From positions 8,308,001 through 8,372,000 of the forward strand of contig NW_026943823.1 in assembly GCF_035594765.1 (NCBI RefSeq): DNA of 64,000 nucleotides, read 5' to 3'. Position numbers and translations under genes: made by a program. A model generated the notes under the pieces. That model was not told the DNA's origin and did no database searches. It saw only the letters and a program-made list of their open reading frames with translations. Source of the stretch: Anolis carolinensis. Lineage: Eukaryota. Of this stretch, positions 14,601 to 26,313 are shown piece by piece (the first letter of the stretch is position 1; the number at the start of each line of letters is the position of its first letter).

Positions 14601-17600
14601 GTTTGCAAGATGATCTCTAGCACCGCTTCCTTTTCTGAACCCAGCTCACACACCTGGCATTTCCTGCTCTGTATATATATAGCAAACGGCGTCGCTATAA
14701 AATATTGAGCATCACTTTGCTTTCATGGGAAATTAACATAATAATGGTCTTGTGGCTATAACAATCCCTGGAAACCAAACTAGTCAGGCATGTTATTATT
14801 ACCGGATCTGTTTAACTCGTATGCATCACACAGGAAGCTGAATTAGAGTGAAGGAAAGGATGCACACAAGCTGGAGAAAAGGAAGGATGGTAGATGGCAT
14901 TACAATACAGTAGAGTCTCGCTTATCCAATGTAAACGGGCCGGCAGAATGTTGGATAAGCGAATATGTTGGATAATAAGGAGAGATTAAGGAAAAGCCTA
15001 TTAAACATCAAATTAGGTTATGATTTTACAAATTAAGCACCAAAACATCATGTTATACAACAAATTTGACAGAAAAAGTAGTTCAATACACAGTAATGTT
15101 ATGTAGTAATTACTGTATTTACGAATTTAGCACCAAAATATCACGATGTATTGAAAACATTGACTACAAAAATGTGTTGGATAATCCAGAATGTTGGATA
15201 AGCGAGTGTTGGATAAGTGAGACTCTGCTGTACTAGCAGAAAATAATAGCAAAGGGTGCATCTGCACAAGTGTTTCCCAAACGTTGGTCCTCCAGGTGTT
15301 TTGAACTTCAAATCCCAGATTGTTGGCCAAGTTCGAGAGACTACGGAGTAGATTTAACACAGTTTGACACCACTTTAACTGATGTGGTTCAGATGCAGCC
15401 AGAGACTCAACATGACTATTGTGGAAACTCATGGAAGGAAATGCAAAAGCCGGGGTTAAAAGTCAACTTGCCGGCAACTGACAACAACAACGCTTGAGAA
15501 AGTAGAGGAAAGGGCATTCTTTCCAAACCAAGCCAGAAACAGGAAGACCTAAGGCTCTTGGCAGAAGGTGTCAGCATTTCTGAAACTGCTTCAACAGGTA
15601 TCTAAACAGGTAAAGGAGAGCGACAGACACACTGCAATTCAAACTGACTTTACGGTCCTTTCCTTAATCCCAGATTAAGCCGGAAGAGAAGGGAAGGCTA
15701 TTTACGATCCCCGGGGCAAGCAGCCACTCTCTCTCTCCTGGCATGCCCACTTTTTACGGAACTGGAAAAACCGCAAATCATGATTCAATTCATTTTAGGG
15801 GCCTGGTACTGTGTACACACACCTCCCAAGTCCTCTGGGGCAATGAGAGTGCCTCGGAGGAGGCAGAAGTTATTATTAGGATGGCATCATTCAGTAGCAT
15901 TATTAGGGTGGTATTATTATGGTGGTATTGTTCTGTGAAATTATTCAGGTGGCATCATTAAGGTGGTATTATCAGGAAGACATCCTTAAGATGGCATTAT
16001 TAGGGTGGCATCTTTAAGGTGGTACTATTAAGATAGCATTCTTAAGGTGGCATTATTAGGGTGGTATCCGTAAGGTGGCATTACTAGGACACCATCCTTA
16101 AGTTGGTATTAGGACAGAACCCATATGGTGGTATTATTAGGACTGAATCCTTAAGGTGGTATTATTAGGACAGAATCCTTAGGGTGGTATTATCAGGATG
16201 GCATCCTTAAGGTGGCATTATTAGGGTGGCATCCTTATGGTAGCTTTATTAGGATGGCATCCTTAAGGTGGCACTATTAGGATGGCATCCTTAAGGTGGC
16301 ATTATTAGGATGGCATCCTTAAGGTGGCATTATTTGGATGGCATCCTAAAGGTGGCATTATTAGGATGGCATCCTTAAGGTGGCTTTATTAGGATGGCAT
16401 CATTAGAGTGGTATTATAAAGTGACATTATTGGGGTGGCATGTTTAAGATGGAATCCTTAAGGTGGCATTATTAGGATGGCATCCTTAAGGTGGCATTAT
16501 TAGGATGGCATCCTTAAGGTGGCATTATTAGGATGGCATCCTCGAGGTGGCATTATTAAGATGGCATCCTTAGGGTGGCATCCTTAAGGTGGTATTATTA
16601 GGGTGGCATCCTTACAGTGGCATTATTAGGATGGCATCCTTAAGGTGGCTTTCTTAGGATGGCATCCTTAAGGTGGCACTATTAGGATGGCATCCTTAAG
16701 GTGGCACTATTAGGATGGCATCCTTAAGGTGGCATTATTAGGATGGCATCCTTAAGGTGGCATTATTTGGATGGCATCCTAAAGGTGGCATTATAAGGAT
16801 GGCATCCTAAAGGTGGCTTTATTAGGATGGCATCCTTAAGGTGGCTTTATTAGGATGGCATCCTTAAGGTGGCTTTATTAGGATGGCATCCTTAAGGTGG
16901 CATTATTAGGATGGCATCCTTAAGGTGGCATTATTAGGATGGCATCCTTAAGGTGGCATTATTAGGATGGCATCCTCGAGGTGGCATTATTAAGATGGCA
17001 TCCTTAGGGTGGCATCCTTAAGGTGGTATTATTAGGGTGGCATCCTTACAGTGGCATTATTAGGATGGCATCCTTAAGGTGGCTTTCTTAGGATGGCATC
17101 CTTAAGGTGGCACTATTAGGATGGCATCCTTAAGGTGGCACTATTAGGATGGCATCCTTAAGGTGGCATTATTAGGATGGCATCCTCGAGGTGGCATTAT
17201 TAAGATGGCATCCTTAGGGTGGCATCCTTAAGGTGGTATTATTAGGGTGGCATCCTTACAGTGGCATTATTAGGATGGCATCCTTAAGGTGGCTTTCTTA
17301 GGATGGCATCCTTAAGGTGGCACTATTAGGATGGCATCCTTAAGGTGGCACTATTAGGATGGCATCCTTAAGGTGGCATTATTAGGATGGCATCCTTAAG
17401 GTGGCATTATTTGGATGGCATCCTAAAGGTGGCATTATTAGGATGGCATCCTTAAGGTGGCTTTATTAGGATGGCATCATTAGAGTGGTATTATAAAGTG
17501 ACATTATTGGGGTGGCATGTTTAAGATGGAATTCTTAAGGTGGCATCGTTCCACAGGACGCGTGAGGGAGGAGGCCAGGAGGACGAGGCGGGCCCGCTGC

Positions 17601-17937
17601 ACATGCTCAGAGGCACGCCCCCCACCCTCCCCCGGGCCCCTGGGAACTACAGATCCCATCAGCCCACCTCCTTGCGGCGGATCCTGCGGGCCAGCTCCCG
17701 GGCGGAGAGGAGGAGGAGCGGGTGCTGGGGCGGCGGGACCACGCGGCGGACTCTGCAGGGCGTGGCGGGCGTGGGGGGCGCTTTGGCGGCCTCGGGGGTC
17801 GGAGGCGAGGCCGGGGCCAGGGCCAGCGAGGCCAGGGCGGCGGAGGCGTACGAGACCAGGCTGACCAGGCCCAGGTAGGCGAAGGAGAAGAGCCGCAGCG
17901 CCAGCACCAGCACGCGCTCCACCCGCGACAGCGCCAT
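1243..17937 (-). CDS. FAAH2: Fatty acid amide hydrolase 2, coding exons 1-7 (partial; remaining exons lie left of the window)
   Basis: Exons 17937-17668, 10545-10463, 9725-9589, 7505-7296, 5259-5140, 2711-2576, 1360-1243; all GT-AG and phase-consistent. The translation MALSRVERVL...LLLLSARELARRIRRKE/VSCVDVIETYIARINEVNPLINAVV...PFLGVPVTIKEAF...GRTNNPYD...GGSSGGEG...GADIGGSIRMPAFFNGIFGHKPT has the amidase signature with the Lys/Ser/Ser catalytic residues. Confidence 0.96.
2987..3530. mobile_element. Tc1/mariner MITE, family B
   Basis: TIR C[TC]GTATATACTCGAGTATAAGCC with TA TSD. Confidence 0.85.
4344..4993 (-). mobile_element. Non-autonomous Helitron
   Basis: 5' TC(TA)n, 3' GCCAC..GTGGC hairpin followed by CTAG, inserted between A and T, no TSD. 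Confidence 0.8.
5970..6649 (-). mobile_element. Non-autonomous Helitron with a nested CR1 3' fragment (about 6058-6150)
   Basis: Same family as 4344-4993; CR1 tail TTCCAACTCTACTATTCTATGATTCT. Confidence 0.75.
7595..8375. mobile_element. Penelope-like fragments in inverted arrangement, interrupted by an L2-type tail
   Basis: 7610-7870 is the reverse complement of 8075-8245; same family as 2845-2975, 3940-4300, 24645-24830 and 51620-51730. Confidence 0.7.
8484..8788. mobile_element. Tc1/mariner (pogo-like) MITE, family A
   Basis: TIR CAGTAGAGTCTCACTTATCCAA with TA TSD. Other copies: 13673-13995, 14908-15230, 19924-20246, 44424-45370 (nested), 50939-51496, 52779-53287, 54307-54629, 57664-57971, and partial at about 1949-2180. 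Confidence 0.9.
8960..9364 (+). mobile_element. R4/Dong-clade non-LTR retrotransposon 3' fragment (restriction-like endonuclease) in a (TAA)n microsatellite
   Basis: EHNTPD...VWIVNVAIP..EK..RY..LKIELQRLW...VVPVVMGTL..QLQKATL; flanked by TAA repeats. Related tail fragments at 8817-8905, about 1835-1935 and about 24960-25025. Confidence 0.8.
10560..11360 (-). mobile_element. Sauria SINE interrupted by a second SINE
   Basis: AAAGGT-type tail, body GGTGCTCATCTCCATTTCTAAG...TTACCTTCCCGCCGGAG..TACCTATTGATCTA, and a tRNA-like head at the right end. Confidence 0.8.
10686..11161 (+). mobile_element. tRNA-derived SINE with L2-type tail
   Basis: A-box TGGCGCAGCTGG, B-box GAGTTCGAAGCC, L2-like 3' end plus (TAAA)n; TSD AAAGTCATG at 10677-10685 and 11162-11170. 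A shorter relative lies at about 47550-47784. Confidence 0.85.
12884..13368. mobile_element. Tc1/mariner MITE, family C (second copy inverted at 18541-19066)
   Basis: TIR CC.TGTTTCCC.GAAAATAAGACA with TA TSD. Confidence 0.85.
13383..13665 (+). mobile_element. tRNA-derived SINE with a different 3' tail (possibly Vingi-like)
   Basis: Head GTGGCGCAGTGGTTAAACC; tail GCGACTTGTAGTTTCTCAAGTCACTCCTGACAC(A)n. Confidence 0.6.
14148..14414 (+). mobile_element. Sauria SINE
   Basis: B-box GGTTCAAACC, conserved body and ACCTTT tail; further fragments at about 12035-12180 and 23525-23745. Confidence 0.8.
15950..17545. repeat. Minisatellite, 28-bp unit made of two related 14-mers, with higher-order duplication (FAAH2 intron 1)
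   Basis: Unit GGATGGCATCCTTAAGGTGGCATTATTA; a CTCGAG variant recurs at 16541, 16975 and 17185. Confidence 0.95.
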
Positions 17938-18110
17938 CGCCCTCCGGATCCGGGACTGAGGCGCGCGCACACCCAAGGTAAGGACGCCGCCGAAGGGGCG
18001 GGACACGGAGTGACACGCCCCCTTGTGGGCGTGGCCTCATATTACCACTCCCTCTCGAAGCCTGACCTCTCCTCCAAAGGGCGTGGCTACCAAATGCCCC
18101 GCCCCCCGCT
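17550..18110 (-). promoter_or_regulatory. CpG island / promoter of FAAH2
   Basis: Very GC/CpG-rich around exon 1; several GC/GT boxes (GGGGCGGG, GGGCGTGG) at about 17995-18110. Confidence 0.7.
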
Positions 18111-19313
18111 GCAAAAGCAGGAAAAACATCAAGAAAGCTAAAAAACAATATCCATTGTATAATGGAGGAAGGCAGGGAAATTCGGAAAAAAGTCTTGTTT
18201 TGGGATGTTAGGTCATATATCACTTAAGTTTGGTCCAGATCCAGCGTTGGCTGGGTTCAGTGCTCTCTGGATCAGGGTGAACTACAACTCGCAGATTCCC
18301 AGGGAAATCACCCCCAAACCCTGCCAGTATTCGTAGTTGGCCATGTTGGGCCTGTGTGCCAAGTTTGGTCCAGATCTGACATCTGATTCAGTGCTTTCTG
18401 GATGCAGGTGAACTACAACTCCCAAAATCAAGGTCCATTCCCACAAACCCCTGCAGTAGGTTCAATTGGTCATGGGGCTTCTCTGTGCCACGTTTGGTCC
18501 CAGTCCATTGTCAGTGGGGGTCACAGTTTCTCTGGATGTACCCTGTTTCCCCAAAAATAAGACAGTGCCTTATATTAATTTTTGCTCCCAAAGATGTGCT
18601 AGGTCTTATTTTCAGGAGATGTCTTATTTTTCCACAAAAAAGAATGAATTCATTTATGGTTGAATTTTTAAAAATGAACATTTATTATCTACTGTACAGT
18701 AGTTGCCATCACAAACCAGCATAACCAAACTGTGAATCCTTTCAAGAATTTCTATATTATATTTTATTGCTATACTGTTTTTAAATTACTGTTTTAAATT
18801 TCTGTTCGTATGTAAATTTATGTTGTTGTTGGGCTTGTCCTGTGTAAGCTGCCCTGAGTCCCTTCTGGGAGATGGAGGTGGGATACAAGAATAAAATTAT
18901 TATTATATTATTATTATTTCTTGTTATTACCTTTATGTACATTTACCGATCCTGCATGCTTCCAAACAAAGGTCTTACTTTCGGGGGAGGCCTTATATTT
19001 AGCAATTCAACAAAACTTCTACTAGATCTTATTTTCTGGGGATGTCTTATTTTCAGGGAAACGGGGTAGGTGAACTATAACTCCCAAAATCAAGGTCCAT
19101 TCCCACAAACCCCTGCAGTAGGTTCAGTTGGTCATGGGGATTCCCTGTACTAAGTTTGGTCCCAGTCTATTGTTGGTGGGGGTCACAGTTTCTCCCGAAG
19201 TAGGTGAACTATAACTCCCATCAAGGTCAATTTCCCCCAAACACAATCAGTAACAAAACTGTGAGAGTATAAGGATTTATTTTTCGCTTGGAAACAGTTG
19301 CACAATATTTTCT

Positions 19314-20258
19314 TTCTTATTTATTTAAAAAAATTTACAGTGAAAGCAAGGAAAACAATTGTGTGAGGATAGTAAGAGAGAGTGGAGAAAACAAGAAAGT
19401 GAGAGAGAGAGAACAAAAAGGAAAAAAAATCAAAAAGATGAGAATAAAAATTAAGAAAAAAGAAGGGGAAAAAAAGAAAGAAAAAAGTGTGTGTGGGGGA
19501 GAGTATGTGACTTCCCATTGTCCTCTTGAAGGTTTTAGATTACCGTTGTCTGTTTTCTTTTCTGGTTTAACAATCTCAATATTTCGGCGTATTTTCATAC
19601 GTCGGATAAGTTAGTTAGTTTGTATCCGTCTTTTCGAATAAAATCTCTGAAGCCCAACCAGTCTGTTGTTTTCCTTGACATCTTTTAATCTCTGAGTCAA
19701 AATGTCCATTTGGATTATGTCGAATAATTTTAAGATCTAATCGTGGATAGTAATAATAAGAATAATAGTAAGAACATAATAATAAGAACAAAATTGCCTC
19801 CATTACCCGAAACGTATCTATTAGGCATATCAAATGTAAAACTGAACGAAAATCAAGACAAACTGCTCTTCCTTATAGGGACTGCGGCAAGATTAGTACA
19901 AAGTATGGAAGCAAAAAGAGGTACAGTAGAGTCTCACTTATCCAACATAAATGGGCCGGCAGAATGTTGGATAAGCGAATATGTTGGATAATAAGGAGGG
20001 ATTCAGGAAAAGCCTATTAAACATCAAACTAGGTTATGATTTTACAAATTAAGCGCCAAAACCTCATGTTATACAACAAATTTGACAGTAAAAGTAGTTC
20101 AGTACGCAGTAATGTTATGTTGTAATTACTGTATTTACGAATTTAGTACCAAAATATCATGATATATTGAAAACATTGACTACAAAAATGGCTTGGATAA
20201 TCCAGAAGCTTGGATAAGCGAGGCTTGGATAAGTGAGACTCTACTGTACCTGCTATTG
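19314..20258 (-). mobile_element. 5'-inverted L1 insertion with nested MITE
   Basis: 3' segment on minus (about 19748 down to 19314: D*ILKLFDIIQMDILT, T-rich UTR, AATAAA); upstream ORF2 segment on plus (about 19775-20256: PETYLLG...TAARLV..KVWKQKEVP). 18-bp TSD AGTTGCAC[A/G]ATATTTTCT at 19296-19313 and 20259-20276. Confidence 0.8.
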
Positions 20259-20874
20259 AGTTGCACGATATTTTCTAGCCTACTTGCAAAACAAGCTTTG
20301 GAAAGTAAACAAAGCCTATCCTGTCGGCGATTTGGCTCGCCTGGCACAAGACAAGGCAGAAAAACTTGTCCAGGTATAATTTAAGCACATCCCTTTCCCT
20401 GTGAAGAAATGTATTTAGCTTATCTTCAGTATCATACCCTCCGAATGTCCCAAACAGGGATAGTCCTCAAACTTTTTAAACAGAGGGCTAGTTCACTCTC
20501 AATCAGACTGTAGGTGGGCTGGACTATTGTTTGTTGCTGTTGCACACCTTCAAGTCATTTAAAACTTAGAGCAACCCTATCGCTTAAGCGGCTAAAGGGG
20601 AAAAGAAAAGGGCCTGAAGCTGTTAGGAATTGTAGGAGTTGAAGTCCAAAACACCTGGAGGGCTGGAGTTTGCCCATGCCTGGTATAAAGTCTAAGGAAA
20701 TGACCGTCGTGGGCCAACGATGAAACAGAGGACCCCTGCTTTCAAATGTCTTCATTTCTCTGCCTTCCTTCCACTTTCCATTGTGGCAAACTGAGTTCAA
20801 AGTAGGGTTTCCAGGTCAAGATTTAATACATTTTCCAAATTCACATCACCTTAAAGAGCTCCAGATCCAGATTA

Positions 20875-22130
20875 TTATCATCATCATCATTTAATTACTT
20901 ATTAATCGCCCTCCATCCACGATGCTCTAGGCGATTTACAAGATAAAATTGTAAAAGATATAAATACATACATACAAATATTGATAAAATTAACCTAGAT
21001 CAAAAGCTCTAGTAAAGAGCCAGGTCTTGAGTGCTAGCAGGCCTGTAGCGAGGGGGCGGTTTTAGGGGTTCAAACACCCCCCCCCCCGAAATTTTTCAGG
21101 TTATAAAAAAAACCTGGTTTACTCATGAATTTTAACTGGTTAACCAAATCCCCATGCTAAGTCTATGAGATCCAAAGCATTAAGAGTCCCTCCAGGCACT
21201 ATCTCAAGCAGATATTGACAGGTTTGTAGCGGGGAGGGGTGTGTGCTAGGGGTTCAACACCCCCCCCCCCCCGAAATTTTCAAAACCCCTCCCGAAATTT
21301 TTTTCTGGCTACGGCCCTGAGTGCTAGGGTAAAAGGCCCTAACTCACGCATGGCTCTCATATAGGGCGGCAAGGCATTCCATAAGGCAGGGGCAGAAATA
21401 GAAAAAGCTCTGCGTCTGGTCCTTTCCAAGTGCACATCTCTAGGACCCGGTATATAAAGTAAGTCGCGTTGGGATGGTCGTTGCAACCTCCGATGATGGG
21501 AGAAGGAGAGACGGTCCCTAAGGTACGATGGGCCCTGGCCGTAAAGAGTTTTAAAGGTCAGAACTAGCATCTTATATAGACCACGGTAATCAGTTGGAAG
21601 CCAATGCAGATGCTGCAGCACTGGTGTTATGTGGCATTTCATGGGTGTTCTTGTGAGTAGCCTGGCTGCTGCATTCTGAACAATACGGAGCTTTCGGGTC
21701 GTGGACATCGGAAGCCCAACATACAGGGCGTTGCAATAGTCCAGCCTAGACGTGACCGTGGCATGGATGACCGTTGCCAGAGCCTCATCAGATAGATAGG
21801 GTGCCAGTTGCCTCGCTTGTCGTAGGTGGAAAAAGGCCTGTTTGCTGGCAGCAGCGACTTGGGCTTCCATTGTCAGCTGCAAATCTAAAACGACACCCAG
21901 GCTCTTAACGGTAGGCAAAGGAGATAGGGCAGCACCATCAAAGGTGGGTAACAAGTGGTCAGACCAGTCGAGCGGCCATGCCAGAGAATCTCGGTCTTCG
22001 CCGGGTTCACCTTCAGTCTACTAGCACGTAGTCAGTTCGACAGAGCCTCCAGACATAAGGTGAAATTGTTTGGTATTGACGTTGCTCCAGGCTCCAAGCG
22101 CAGAAGGAGTTGGGTGTCATCCGCATATTA
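20875..22130 (-). mobile_element. L2 LINE, 5'-truncated at the YADD motif, frameshifted, (ATG)n tail
   Basis: YADDTQL...VKSLGVVLD...SRLDYCNALY...QNAAARLL...HITPVLQHLHWLP...RAFSISAPALWNALP. A near-identical 3' end occurs at about 53078-53263. Confidence 0.9.
21038..21319. mobile_element. hAT-type MITE nested in L2
   Basis: Imperfect TIRs CAGGCCTGTAGC/GCTACGGCCCTG; perfect 8-bp TSD AGTGCTAG. The sister L2 copy near 53233 shows the empty site. Confidence 0.9.
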
Positions 22131-22269
22131 TTGCTATCCTCTCCTAATAAATAGTAATAGACTTTATTTTTGTATCCCGCCCCATCTCCCGAAGAGACTC
22201 GGGGTGGCTCACAACAGGGACAAGCCCAACAACGACACAACATATTTGACAAAAACTTAAAACATTTCA

Positions 22270-23465
22270 ACAATAATAATAATTTATTTGTTTGACCAGT
22301 CATATGACCATTTCAAAGTGCAACATAAATAAAAACAAGGCAAAAAGGATGGGAGGACAGGCAGCTGACCATCTGTTTGCCGACAAAATCTTATTTTCCT
22401 GATTCTTCTTTCAGGAAATGTGCTCTTTTCTTGATAGCTTTCAGGATAAAAAGGCTGACTCTGATTATGGTGGATCTTTCTTGTCCTTGCAAGAGGACTG
22501 TCAGAAGATCATTTCTGTTGGGAAACCTAAAATTAGATAGTAATGGATGTAAATAACTGTGTCGAAGTTCGGCATATGCTGGGCAGTCAATCAAAAAATG
22601 TTCGATATCTTCCACGATTTGATCTCCCCAGACACAAAATCTCTCATTTCTTGGGATGTTACAGTAGCGACCAGTTGGCATCATAATACCGAGTTGTTCA
22701 AACCTGGTCCTGGTGTATATTCTTCTTAAGGGCAATGGAAATGGAATAGTCAGATAGTGTTCTAAATGAGTATTCATTTTGTGGGAGTCTAAAAACTTTG
22801 TGGCAGAAGACCTACCTATACTTGCTAGGTCCAATTGAGCATAGATATCATGAGTGCGTTGCATGAGCACTTGTTTTGCCCTAGGTCCTAGATCATTCAA
22901 AAATTGTAAAGGAAGGCCAATTTTAGCCATCTCATTGTTTAAGGCCACTACCCATGATGACTTGTGGGCACGCTGGTCTTGATCCTCAAAACATAGGTGA
23001 GGAAGTCTACTGGAATTCATCTGATTTACCTTTGACCAGTAATTGAAAATTTGAGCTTTTACTGGGAGCATTCCTAGCTCTGCCCTTACAGCAGCCATCA
23101 GTGTTGTTCTGGAAAGTCCCAGGAGAATGCGAAGCTGCTTAACTTGGAAGGCTTCGATCTTGGCCAAATTGGTGTGCCCCCAAATTTCGGCCCCAAATAT
23201 GAGTGTTGGCATTATTTTTTTCTTAAAGACTTCCAGGGCAGGCCTGATTGTGCCTGGGTATCTATGATGGTACAGCTTGTAAATGGAACCTGCTGCTTTT
23301 GTTGCTCTTTGTATACTATGAGTAATATGATTAGACCAAGCACCAGATGATGAAAACGTAATGCCTAGATATTTGTAGCTATTAGTTTGTTCCAAGTGTA
23401 CACCATTTAGAGTCCAAGTGTACCGTTTCCTGTTTTTTCCAAATACCATAATTTTGCATTTCAAC
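22270..23465 (-). mobile_element. 5'-truncated non-LTR retrotransposon, probably RTEX clade (RT thumb plus C-terminal zinc-knuckle remnant)
   Basis: ORF 22391-23506: KCKIMVF, YKYLGITF, GAEIWG, AVRAELG, C...EDIEHFLIDC; short 3' UTR ending AATAAA(TTA)n. Confidence 0.8.
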
Positions 23466-24830
23466 ATTAAACAAAATAATATAATGAACAATACATTAAA
23501 ATCCAAGCAGATTTGTTCCCTCTGGACAACCTAGCAGTTCGAAAACATGTGAATGTGAGTAGATCAATAGATACCGCTCCGGCAGGAAGGTAATGGCGCT
23601 CCATGCAGTCATGCCAATGGCCTCATGACCTTGGAGGTGTCTACGGACAACGCCGGCTCTTCAGCTTAGAAATGGAGATGAGCACCAACTCTCAGAGCCG
23701 GACATGATTAGACCTAATGTCAGGGGAAAATCTTTGCATTTATCTTACCCCTCTGGAATGACTATAAACCTAGCTGTCATAAGCAGCTTTCCATTTATTT
23801 GTCAACAAGTGTTTTAGATTCCAGCTTTCGGAATACCAGTATTTGCATGAGCCATCTTGGAGATGGGATTGCAAAATTCACATATGTGTCATATATACTT
23901 TATTTATTTACTTGCTTGCTTGCTTTTTGTTAAATCCTGCCTCCTTCCCCTACCCCAACCCCTCAATCAATATCAATCAACATTAATTAAAAACAACATG
24001 AAAGCATTTGAATTATAGGTACACATATTTAAAAAGGCAACCACACCATTTATGTTATTCAAACCATTAAGCATTAAAATATTAAAATGTATTAAGAGTT
24101 TATGCCCATCTTAAAATAATGCCATTCATCCATTAATAAATGTCTGGTGGCAGAGGAATGCTTTGTTCTCGTATATTGCATTTTATACTCAATGTTTTCA
24201 TAATGTTGTGCACAGACAGCAAAACAAACACCACAGGAGTGTTCACCCTTCCCTATGCTATCCAAAACTACAGAACCAACACATGATCGCAATCCCAAAC
24301 CCGCAATAATGGAGACACTATGAGACTCAGCAGGATTCCTAGGAGTTGGGAGTTTTGGGACCAGCCTGGGAAAAAGGATCCTTCACATCTATTTGGTGTC
24401 AGAGATGGCATGAGCCTCTGGCACCAGAGATGGTTGTCTCATTTTCCCTAATGGTAGTGTTGGGCTTCCAGAATGTGGTCCTGACTCCACCTCATGTCAA
24501 CAATAGGTGACTATGGCATGCATTACACAGCTCAACAACAACAACATTATTATTATTTTTCTTGGCGTCTTGAGGATTATAACCCTTCTTGGGGTTATGA
24601 GGAGCAATGAGGAGAGTGGTTAAGAAATAAAAGTATTATTATTATAGGGTTGTTGTGTGTTTTTCGGGCTGTATGGCCATGTTCCAGAAGTATTCACTCT
24701 TGACGTTTCACCGACATCTATGGCAGGCATCCTCAGAGGTTGTGAGGTATAAATGTGAATGAAATGTCAGGAGACAATACTTCTGGAACACGGCCATACA
24801 GCCCGAAAAGCACACAACAACCCTGTGATT

Positions 24831-24958
24831 NNNNNNNNNNNNNNNNNNNNNNNNNNNNNNNNNNNNNNNNNNNNNNNNNNNNNNNNNNNNNNNNNNNNNN
24901 NNNNNNNNNNNNNNNNNNNNNNNNNNNNNNNNNNNNNNNNNNNNNNNNNNNNNNNNNN
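24831..24958. other. Assembly gap (128 N)
   Basis: Run of N. Confidence 1.
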
Positions 24959-26313
24959 AGAAGACACTCTGCCGGCTGTTGTATTAGATCACACGTCGGA
25001 CACTTCCCAAGTGTCTAGGACTGTTATTATTATTACTATTATGATTATGATTATTATTACAGCTCTCTGACAATACAGGTCTGAAACTGTTCTGTCATGT
25101 CAGTTCTTTCTTCCACCATCATTTCTATGCATTGCAGGCACATTCCTATAAGCAGTGTACATTTGCACCTTAACCACAAGATGGACCCATTGTCTTTCTG
25201 TTTTTAAATATTGTGTATTTATTTATTCCATTGATAAGTTCTCCCTTCTCCAACGCTGCCCCCCTGCAGCAAATTTTTAAAAATACATATCACTGTTTCA
25301 AGACTGAATAATTTGTGTTCGAATGTATGCAAAATTCTGATTGCATAGAAATTATTCCATTAAATCAAGTAAAGACAACAGTTGGCGGGATTAGCTGGCG
25401 ACATATGATGAGGAACAAATCTGTCTGCTGAATCCCTTGGAACACTTTAATTGAGTTAATTTTTTGACTAAAAATGACTAAAATGTCTACACCAAAGCTT
25501 TCCAAACATTTTGCCTTGCTTTGCCTAGTTGTACCCTGTCTGGAGAGGCAGGAATACACATATAAATAAATAAATAAATAAATACAAATAAATAAAGATT
25601 GTTTTCATAATCATCACCCCCAGTCCTTGCGCCCTTTGGATATGTTGGACCAGATTGTTTTCAGGGTGTTGTGGATAAAATATTTCGACAAAGTGCTGTC
25701 CAGAAACGGTAAACCATGTGCATTGTTTGACTCCTTCTTCTATAGTCACTATATGTAACTATCTCCAATGCAGTTCAAACAACACCCTGCTAAGATGGCA
25801 GCGAGGGTGCATAAGGGAGCATTATGAAGGCAACACACTTCACACAGTTGTAAAACTCTATTCACTTTGACTTTATTCATAAAGACAGACAATAAGATAC
25901 AGGTCTTGCTTTGTGAAGTGTCACCAATTGAATTTTTTGCCGTTTACATACATAATATTTGTCAATTGAGAAAGAAGAGGACCCATGTCTCTCTCTGCCA
26001 TCACCAAAGAGGCCAATTCACACATAAGAACAAGTGATTTAGTTACCCCTAGAGGTGTATCAGGACAAGAACTGCCAAGTCTATATTATTCCAACACACA
26101 CATCTTTAGCTCTGAGAACTGTTGTGTGAGAAAAGAGTCAATTGCTGCAAAAATTAACTTGCACCTTTCTCCAATGCCCTGCACACTGATAATCCATGCT
26201 CTAGGGTCCTTCTGATTTTGTGGCAGCATGGAAAGAGTCCCAGGAGAAGCAGCAAGTGAGGACAGGGTCAAGCCGAGGAATGTCTCCCTGGACAAAACGA
26301 AGCCCGCATTCCC

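Noticed and set aside
17504-18223. Several 110-240 aa ORFs at the FAAH2 start
   Set aside because: GC-rich CpG-island frames; only 17937-17668 matches FAAH2.
22391-23506. 371-aa ORF as a host gene
   Set aside because: Truncated retrotransposon ORF lacking the RT core; the start lies in flanking sequence.
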